A stretch of 52,359 nt of DNA from NCBI GenBank assembly GCA_018829565.1, contig JAHJTW010000022.1:1-52359 (forward strand), in the 5' to 3' direction. Of this stretch, positions 45,964 through 52,359 are shown piece after piece. The stretch comes from a bacterium (GTDB lineage Bacteria; Krumholzibacteriota; Krumholzibacteriia; LZORAL124-64-63). Position 1 is the first letter of the stretch. Every line of letters starts with the position of its first letter. Both the position numbers and the translations under genes were made by a program. Under the pieces are notes generated by a model. It saw only the letters and a program-made list of their open reading frames with translations. It ran no database searches and was not told the DNA's origin.

Positions 45964-46200
45964 TCAAATGTTTGAATGACCCATCTCAAGGGACCCCATG
46001 AGCCTGCTAACCCTTGCCCTCAACACCCCGCACATACGCGCCACGGCCGCCGTCTCAGCTACCTCCCCGGACCGGACGAGTCCATCGATCCAGTAGGCGA
46101 GGGCGAGATTCCGGGCCCGGCGAGACGCCCAGTCCTGCCCCTGTCGTTCGGCCTTGGCCCTGGGGGTGCGGACCAGGTCACCCCGCAGCCTAGCGCGGTA
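45964..46200 (-). pseudogene. Copy D of the recombinase-associated HTH gene, 5'-truncated
   Basis: Translates ..AKAERQGQDWASRRARNLALAYWIDGLVRSGEVAETAAVARMCGVLRARVS; no in-frame start after the DUF4041 stop. Confidence 0.85.
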
Positions 46201-47844
46201 TCACTCGATTTCTTCTTCAGCCAACCCGACAACTGACGTATCGAGCTCCAATTGTCGATTCAGCCACGCCTCCCGGGCGGCGGGGTCGTCTTTGATGGCT
46301 CTTTCGATCGCCAACGTCTCGCGGTAGTCCCGGGCTTCAGCGGCCATAGTCCATTTACACTCGAGACCCAGAGCTTCGATCTCCTGACGGATATCGGCGA
46401 TGGTGGCCCGGAAGAACTCCTTCCGATAATTTACCTTGTTGACTTGCGCAAGCGCGAAATGGCGGTGCAGGCGAGTCTCCAGCGTTGGCGCGTCATCAGA
46501 AAGAATCATGGCGTGCACGTCGAAATCGAACGGAACACTTGAATCGCCGAGTTCGCGTACTCGATCCAGGGGTTCAAGTCTGCGCGTCAGGCCAATTTTG
46601 AAGACATCGTCCCCGAAAGAGCCAATGTTGGAAATGATATAGACGTGGCCGCGGCGGGTTTGCTGGGCCATCGAAATTGCACGCTGATTGCGCTCTTCCG
46701 TTTCAAGGAGCTTCGCCGTCAGCTCTGCCAGCTTCTGCTCGAATGCCGCGCGCTGTTCAGCATTGGCGTGTGCAACCTGCTCCTGTGCCTTGGCCATGGC
46801 CTTACGTAGCATATCCTCTTCCTTGGCTGCGTCGCGAATGGCTCGCTCGAATTCCTTGCGGGCCTTTTCCTCTTCGCGCAGTTGCTCTCGTACGCGGCGC
46901 TGCTCCTCGCGCTCCTCGAGCTTCAGCTGCTGTGCCACCGCCGCCCATCTCAGCTCATCGAGTCGGGCAGCCAAGTACTGATCGGTGATGTGTGCGTCGC
47001 GGAATGCCTTGCCGTTGAGGTTGACAACAGTGAAGGCATCCCGGATTTCCTGGGAAAGCGTACCGGCGTTGTCATGGCGGACGCGAGAAAGGATCGAATC
47101 TACCTTGCCATTGAAAGCGTCGGTAACGAAGGCGATGGCAGTTGTTCGACGGTTGTCCTCAACGTATGAACACGAGGCGGCTGTGTCGCTGCGAATCATT
47201 GACCGTGTCACTTTGCGGGCGTTCTTGAGGGCTTCTCCAGCCTCGGTGTAGCCAAATTCCTCGGCAAGGTCATCAAGAAGGCTAATGCTCGGGATGAGGT
47301 ATGCATCCCCGTAGCCGTCGACTATGTTCTTCATAGCGCGCGCTGCCTTTTCGTATAGGGCGGCGTTGTTCATTGCCTTATAGGCCTCTCCAGCGATCTG
47401 CTCCGCGTTTGCATGGGCGTCGGAAATAATCTTGGTGGCCTGGGTCGCGGCGCAATCCAGAGCAGATTGGGCATCGTCTTTCATTGTCTTGGCCTGCTGG
47501 CGCGCGTGGGACAATGCCGTCATTGCTTCTGAGGCAGCCAAGGTTCGTTCTGATTCTGCATTTGCGAGAATCTCCGCAGCTTTTGCGGAAGCATCGACAA
47601 TACCGCGATATTGAGATAGGGTGGCGACTTCAGATAGAGCCTTTGACAAATTCTCGTTGGATTGCTGCAGTGAAGATTCAAGTTCCTGTGTTTTCGCTGT
47701 GGCCTGGGTTAAGTGGTCCTTGGCCTCGCGTAGAGCCGCGGCGCGATCGCGCGACAGTTTTGTCTGTTGAACAAGTCGATTGCCCAACACCGCGATAGCA
47801 ACGATGAAGATGACAAGGAGAGCGTAGGCAAGATTGGTGATCAT
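46201..47844 (-). CDS. DUF4041 + T5orf172/MUG113 (GIY-YIG-like) domain protein with an N-terminal TM anchor
   Basis: FNGKVD, L..RL.EL, EEQRR.REQ.REE, GHVYIISNIGSFG.DVFKIGLTRRLEP.DRV.ELGD.SVPF.FDVHA. Confidence 0.92.
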   Translation of the reverse strand: MITNLAYALLVIFIVAIAVLGNRLVQQTKLSRDRAAALREAKDHLTQATAKTQELESSLQQSNENLSKALSEVATLSQYRGIVDASAKAAEILANAESERTLAASEAMTALSHARQQAKTMKDDAQSALDCAATQATKIISDAHANAEQIAGEAYKAMNNAALYEKAARAMKNIVDGYGDAYLIPSISLLDDLAEEFGYTEAGEALKNARKVTRSMIRSDTAASCSYVEDNRRTTAIAFVTDAFNGKVDSILSRVRHDNAGTLSQEIRDAFTVVNLNGKAFRDAHITDQYLAARLDELRWAAVAQQLKLEEREEQRRVREQLREEEKARKEFERAIRDAAKEEDMLRKAMAKAQEQVAHANAEQRAAFEQKLAELTAKLLETEERNQRAISMAQQTRRGHVYIISNIGSFGDDVFKIGLTRRLEPLDRVRELGDSSVPFDFDVHAMILSDDAPTLETRLHRHFALAQVNKVNYRKEFFRATIADIRQEIEALGLECKWTMAAEARDYRETLAIERAIKDDPAAREAWLNRQLELDTSVVGLAEEEIE

Positions 47845-47938
47845 GTAGTACCTGCCATGTTTAGCATCTGAAACGCTTTAGGAACGACCCGCTTTCGGGC
47901 ATAATCGCATGTGGCGTGATTCGAATCGTTATGGGAGC

Positions 47939-48357
47939 TTACGGTATAAGGGCGCCGCCGTCAGCAAAATCTTGCTTAGGGAATTGGGAGAACGATTGCC
48001 CAAGATTTGCTGGGCCGGTCTGACAGGCGGGCGGGGACGAGATGAGGCTGTTCACGAGCGCCCGCTCCTGCTGCTCTCCCGCTTGTTCCAGCAATGCCAC
48101 GATAGCAGAAACCCGCGCCCTGCTCACCCCACACATCCTTGCCACGGCCGCCAGGTCCGCCACTTCCCCAGAGCGAACCAGCCCGTCGATCCAATAGGCC
48201 AGCGCCAGGTTCCTGGCTCGGCGTGCCGCCCGGTCCTGACTCTGCCGCAGCTTGGCTCGACCCACGGACACAGACGTCGGCTCAGGGCGCGTCCTGGCAC
48301 CGCGACCTTGACCTCGACCCTCAGGGCCGCGGAGCGGACCGCCAGGTTGAGTGGCAT
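47939..48357 (-). pseudogene. Copy C of the recombinase-associated HTH gene, frameshifted near the 5' end
   Basis: ALRVEVKV.. in one frame (ORF 48124-48357) and QDRAARRARNLALAYWIDGLVRSGEVADLAAVARMCGVSRARVS in another (ORF 47939-48271). Confidence 0.85.
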
Positions 48358-48358
48358 A

Positions 48359-49102
48359 CTAGGTTTCTATGCGCGAGACCGGGGGGTACGGGAACTCAAG
48401 TGCTAGCCCCTCCCAGTCTAGCACCCAGACCCGCCGAAAGGGACCCAATCCGCGTTCACGAAGGAGTTTGACTAGGGCATTTAAATACTGACGATCGTGA
48501 CCCCAAGCAAGTCCTCCAAAATGTGCCAGAAGCTCGATGGGGCAGTCGGTTTCGTAAAACTTTGAGAGCTTCGAAGAAAAGGCCGCCATCGGTACGGTCG
48601 GGTCGAAACTGCCACCAAGGTTGAAGTTCACGGCGCCCGGGTCATTGAGCCGCCCGGCGAAGCATACCTTTATGACCGCGCCAGCGACAGTGGGCGAGAA
48701 TGAAACGAACTCATCGTTAGTCGGTGTCGCCGACAGTAGTTCTATAAGGAGAGCCGGTAGTATGGTCTTGATTCTGACTAGGGAGGCCTCGGGCCTGAAG
48801 TAGAACCTAAGAGGTCTGTTGACGAAGCGGCGTTCGAAAGAATTGCGCGACGGTGCATCAAGCCCGTTGTATGCATCCATGATTGCGTTGTGGATTCGCT
48901 GGGCAGAGAACATGAACCGCGCATTGGCAGGATTGCAGATCTCGACCAACTCAAAGGCCACGGAGCCACCCGTTGCCAAACCGCATCGTACGTCAGGTTC
49001 TGGTGGAAACCGCTTCTCGATAGTCGCAGGCAGAACTGGGAGCCCCGCAATCTCAACGAAGTGGCGGAATATTCTAATTTCGTCTTCAGATTGATCAACC
49101 AT
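48359..49102 (-). CDS. Hypothetical protein (247 aa), possible nuclease-like fold
   Basis: Long AT-richer ORF; EPDVRC....VAFELVE near the N-terminus; GTTAGGT lies just upstream. Confidence 0.6.
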   Translation of the reverse strand: MVDQSEDEIRIFRHFVEIAGLPVLPATIEKRFPPEPDVRCGLATGGSVAFELVEICNPANARFMFSAQRIHNAIMDAYNGLDAPSRNSFERRFVNRPLRFYFRPEASLVRIKTILPALLIELLSATPTNDEFVSFSPTVAGAVIKVCFAGRLNDPGAVNFNLGGSFDPTVPMAAFSSKLSKFYETDCPIELLAHFGGLAWGHDRQYLNALVKLLRERGLGPFRRVWVLDWEGLALEFPYPPVSRIET

Positions 49103-49534
49103 GAAAGTACTGGCCACCTAACTGGCGTTCGGCCGCTCCACGGATACTGAGTTCAAGGTCGAAACGCGTCTGGATACCTTCGGGTCGCTCAAGTAGCCGG
49201 TCGCGGTATTCCGCCGGTAGCGCGGATTGGACCGAACTCTCAAATCGCATTCACAATGGAGACTCGACGTGCCAACCTGCGTTCCGCGCGAAAGACTAGT
49301 CCAGATAGCTTCGAGTGGGCAGCAAGCGTACATGACAGGGCAGCCGCTGTCCAGTCGGAGGTCAGTGCAGTCCGGTGGGGGCATTCGAAAGGGTTCGCGG
49401 GTTGCCGCGCTCGGCAGGTCCGATATCGTGGCAGCTCTGTGGTAGGTGGTGTTGCCGCGCGAGCGGCCGCAGAGGCGCGTCGCCCTGGTCAGGTACCGGA
49501 GACGGGGCAAAGTGAAGCAGGGTTGGCGGGTCTG

Positions 49535-49740
49535 TCTGCGAGAATCCAATCCTGAACCCTCCGTACCGGCAGGAAGTGCATGCCGCAGAGCTTTTGTCAG
49601 GCGCGCCCGGGAGACTCGGCTTAGCTTTGCGGCGGACGTCAGATCGGCCACCTCCCGCTCCTGACCAGATGGTCGATCCAATAGGCCAACGCCAAGTCCC
49701 TGGCCCGGCTGGCGGCTCGGTCTCTCATACCGCTTCAAAA
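49535..49740 (-). pseudogene. Copy B of the recombinase-associated HTH gene, truncated and frameshifted
   Basis: AASRARDLALAYWIDHLVRSG, a 1-nt deletion, then EVADLTSAAKLSRVSRARLT. Confidence 0.8.
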
Positions 49741-49753
49741 CCCCTCCATTTCC

Positions 49754-49813
49754 TAATAACGCATGAATTAGGCTGAGCCTCGAAGCGATTTCGGTCTGAA
49801 TGAATTGTCAGAG
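49754..49813 (-). other. attC-like site (59-base element), 60 bp, degenerate
   Basis: CTCTGACAATTCATTCAGACCGAAATCGCTTCGAGGCTCAGCCTAATTCATGCGTTATTA closely resembles recalled aadA-type attC (..TAACAATTCATTCAAGCCG..GCTTCG..GGCTTAATTCA.GCGTTAG). Confidence 0.75.
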
Positions 49814-49829
49814 CCTGCGCTCGCCAAGG

Positions 49830-50117
49830 TTAGCTCTCGGGTATAAGGTCGCCGAAGGCCCACAAAAAGGTTCCGAATATAGTTGCGGAATAGACGATGT
49901 GCATGAGGCGCTGTTTCAGGGTAATGCCGCTGCTAAGCTTGCGCGTGAATTTTTCTGGGTTTGCGAACATGTAACCCTGCAGAAATACCGCCATTCCAAC
50001 TAAAGTGCCTCCGATCCGACCGGGCCAACCAATGTCTCCGACAAGGGATGTGAGTAACGAAGCAAGACCAAAGCTGCCAAAGACGAGCAGCGCAGAAAGA
50101 ATGGCGCTGTAGATCAT
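49830..50117 (-). CDS. Small membrane protein (about 3 TM, 95 aa)
   Basis: Start re-called at ATG 50117 after GGGAG; three hydrophobic segments; flanked by attC-like sites. Confidence 0.7.
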   Translation of the reverse strand: MIYSAILSALLVFGSFGLASLLTSLVGDIGWPGRIGGTLVGMAVFLQGYMFANPEKFTRKLSSGITLKQRLMHIVYSATIFGTFLWAFGDLIPES

Positions 50118-50136
50118 TGCGAATGCTCCCTGTGGG

Positions 50137-50194
50137 CTCGATCGTTGACGATCAACCACCGTCGAGGGTGGGCGGCTGAAACGGCAGGGATGGC
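50137..50194 (-). other. Degenerate attC-like site, 58 bp
   Basis: GCCATCCCTGCCGTTTCAGCCGCCCACCCTCGACGGTGGTTGATCGTCAACGATCGAG: internal stem and attC-like ends; the upstream ORF reads through it. Confidence 0.5.
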
Positions 50195-50697
50195 GTCGCC
50201 GCCTCCCCGGGATAGGCATGTAACCAAAGCTCGATTGGCGATAGACCAGCAAAGCTCTCGGCTACAAGTCGTACTAGCTTAGCGGCCTTGTCAACTTCAT
50301 ACCCGTACAGCAAGTAGATCGCGCGCTCGTAACCGACCTTAGTACGAAACAGGGATAACTTTCTCAAGTCGTCCTCGATCCCGGAGCGTTTCGCATTGGA
50401 TGATTTAACCTCTATGATTATTTTGTTGCCGGCCATGTGCCCTGGCTGATGGACAAGAAGGTCAGGTTTAGCAAAATCAGCACCGAGTTTCTTAAGGATT
50501 GGGTGGGCGGCTTTATCGAGTTCACCATTCAGGCAATACTGTGTGTCTGCCGGCCATAAGCACCGGAGTTGGTGGTACAGTTCATAGCAGTACACCCGCT
50601 CCCGATAGACCGGATCACCTCCGTCCAGCTCAATATGAAAGTAAAGCGGGGCAATCTGCTTAGTAGAAACCTTGAGAAGATCCGTGAATTCGTGCAT
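50152..50697 (-). CDS. PD-(D/E)xK-like nuclease-fold protein
   Basis: ATG 50697 after AAGGAG; RERVYCYELYHQLR, KPDLLVH....IIIEVK; GTTAGGC at 50713-50719 upstream. Confidence 0.72.
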   Translation of the reverse strand: MHEFTDLLKVSTKQIAPLYFHIELDGGDPVYRERVYCYELYHQLRCLWPADTQYCLNGELDKAAHPILKKLGADFAKPDLLVHQPGHMAGNKIIIEVKSSNAKRSGIEDDLRKLSLFRTKVGYERAIYLLYGYEVDKAAKLVRLVAESFAGLSPIELWLHAYPGEAATPSLPFQPPTLDGG

Positions 50698-50805
50698 TGG
50701 TTCTCCTTGAATGCCTAACCAGGGCCACCCGGATCCATATATTGTAAGAATTCCGCGACGCAACCCGTGCAGTGGAATCAATGGGTGCCGGTAGTGGCTG
50801 ATATT

Positions 50806-51213
50806 CTATTCCCATGAGGGGCTTCCGAATGCGGCGGATGGTACACCAGTTGGCCGGTAAGGTAAAGAAGAGATGGAATGAAGGGCGAATTTGGAGGGCG
50901 CTGCCAATTTCTTCAGGGGGGCGCGACTACCGACAAGTTTCTCCTGTTCTGCTGCAGGTATCCCCAGCATCCCCACGACATTGCTGACCCTCGCCCGAGA
51001 TACTCTGCACATTCTGGCCACGGCCGCCAGGTCTGCGACCTTCCCGGACCGAACGAGCTCGTCGATCCAATAGGCGAGCGCGAGGTTCCTGGCCCGCCGT
51101 GCCGCCCGGTCCTGCCGCTGGCGCTCAGCTTTGGCCCCGGGGGCCGGCTTGGGGGCGGGGCGGCGGCCAGCCAGCTGGACCTTGAACTCGACCCTCAAGG
51201 CATCGTCGTTCAC
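50806..51213 (-). CDS. Recombinase-associated small HTH protein (copy A, intact)
   Basis: GTG start overlaps the recombinase stop (GTGA); RARNLALAYWIDELVRSGKVADLAAVARMCRVSRARVSNVV HTH pattern. Confidence 0.8.
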   Translation of the reverse strand: MNDDALRVEFKVQLAGRRPAPKPAPGAKAERQRQDRAARRARNLALAYWIDELVRSGKVADLAAVARMCRVSRARVSNVVGMLGIPAAEQEKLVGSRAPLKKLAAPSKFALHSISSLPYRPTGVPSAAFGSPSWE

Positions 51214-52359
51214 CGTAGTGCCTCCTGTGCCTTCGCCACCTCGTCGGCCAGCGAGCGGATTCCGGTGGGTTTGAAGGTGATGGCCAGAGTTCCTGCAGTG
51301 GCGTCGAAGTCGATCCTTTCGATCAGCAGGTTGATGACCCGTTCCTGCTCCCGGGGGAACAGACAGCCCCAGACCTCATCGAACAGGGCAAGGCTGCGGG
51401 CGAGGTGCCGCTTGTCGATGGTTTGGTCTCTCAGGACAGCAAGCTCCCGTGCGATTTCCTCGAGGCGGGCCTGGATGCGCCCGATTTGCTCTCGGTCCTC
51501 ATCCCGCCCCGTGTCAATCAGCCTGGCCAGTTCTCGGTCCAGCCTCCGCTGTTCGGCAGCCAGCTGGGGTGTGCGGCTCTTCTGGATGCTGCGAATCTGC
51601 TCCAGAGTCCCGGCAACCAAGTCGGGGTCCCTGCCGATGGCCTTGATCCGCGCCACCACGGCATCCTCGATCTGCTGGGCCGGCAGGGAGGGATGCGGGC
51701 ACAACTTCCAGCCGTTGCGCGTGGCGTTGGTGCAGACGTAGTACCGGAACGCCCGGCCATTCTTGCGGGTCACACTCGGCGACATGGCGCAGCCGCAGGC
51801 CGTGCAATGCAGCAGGCCGCGCAGGAGATGCCCGTAGCGGTTCTTGGCTTTCGCCCCACTGCTGACGTTGTTCTGGGCGAGCAGGGCTTGGACGCGGTCG
51901 TAGAGGTCCACAGGGACGATCCCGGGGTGCTCGCCGTCATAGATTTGCCCGTGGTGGGACACCCGGCCCACGTACAGCGGATTGCCGAGCAGCCTGGACA
52001 GGTTGGACTTCTGGAACGGCACGCCCTCGTGGAACGTCCCTCCCTTCGTGGCCCAGGACTTGGTCCGCCAGCCGCGGCGGTTGAGCTCCCGGGCCAACAG
52101 CTGCAGTGACCTCAGATCCAGGTAAAGGGTGAAGATCTGCCGGACTGTCTCGGCTTCCTCCTCGTTCACCACCAGCCGCCCACCGCCGGGGTGGACGTCG
52201 TAGCCCAGGACCGGGAAACCGCCGGTCCATTTCCCCTTCTTGCGGGCCGCGGACATCTTGTCCCGGGTCCGGTCGGCGATCATCTCCCGTTCGAACTGGG
52301 CGAAGCTGAGCAGGACGTTCAGCATCAGCCGCCCGCTCGAGTCCGCGGTGTTGATCGGC
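51210..52359 (-). CDS. Large serine recombinase (resolvase + recombinase + Zn-ribbon domains); 5' end lies outside the window
   Basis: INTADSSGRLMLNVLLSFAQFEREMIADR.RD...A.RKKG.W.GG...LGYD; L.NPLYVG; LLRGLLHC..CG..M; YYVC. Confidence 0.95.
   Translation of the reverse strand, partial: PINTADSSGRLMLNVLLSFAQFEREMIADRTRDKMSAARKKGKWTGGFPVLGYDVHPGGGRLVVNEEEAETVRQIFTLYLDLRSLQLLARELNRRGWRTKSWATKGGTFHEGVPFQKSNLSRLLGNPLYVGRVSHHGQIYDGEHPGIVPVDLYDRVQALLAQNNVSSGAKAKNRYGHLLRGLLHCTACGCAMSPSVTRKNGRAFRYYVCTNATRNGWKLCPHPSLPAQQIEDAVVARIKAIGRDPDLVAGTLEQIRSIQKSRTPQLAAEQRRLDRELARLIDTGRDEDREQIGRIQARLEEIARELAVLRDQTIDKRHLARSLALFDEVWGCLFPREQERVINLLIERIDFDATAGTLAITFKPTGIRSLADEVAKAQEALR

Larger units (their letters stand above)
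1..52359. mobile_element. Temperate lambda-like siphophage/prophage region (incomplete at both window edges) with metal-efflux and defence-like cargo
   Basis: Replication, terminase, portal, capsid, tail, lysis and serine recombinase genes are all present; no host housekeeping genes are seen. Confidence 0.93.

Noticed and set aside
47860-47935. Possible attC remnant upstream of DUF4041 (CCATAAC...)
   Set aside because: Pairing is weak and there is no clear GTTRRRY end.
1-52359. CRISPR array, DGR/retron reverse transcriptase, rRNA or tRNA genes
   Set aside because: No regularly spaced repeats, RT motifs or structural RNA signatures were seen.

Overview
This window is the bulk of a high-GC, lambda-like (GpA terminase, lambda-type portal) temperate siphophage or prophage, cut at both edges. 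From left to right: (1) replication genes (SF2 helicase, Prim-Pol primase, SpoVG-like); (2) a reverse-strand block with small accessory genes, terL, terS, a ParB-methyltransferase and a candidate lambda-like cos site; (3) an ~8 kb czcCBA/PII-like/czcD/CDF metal-efflux cargo; (4) the reverse-strand tail-to-capsid operon, including a -1 frameshift tail chaperone; (5) a 33-bp palindrome, then a divergent forward-strand gpW-portal-lysis operon; (6) a visibly more AT-rich defence-like variable region (HTH-MTase plus putative REase, GT2, Mrr-type nuclease, DUF4041, PD-(D/E)xK-like); (7) a large serine recombinase running off the right edge. Most notable is the variable region next to the recombinase. 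It looks like a polarised cassette array: four diverged copies of the small HTH gene that follows the recombinase alternate with cargo genes, several of which are bounded by decayed integron attC-like sites, with no integron integrase in the window. All family assignments come from motif recognition and recall; no database searches were run.
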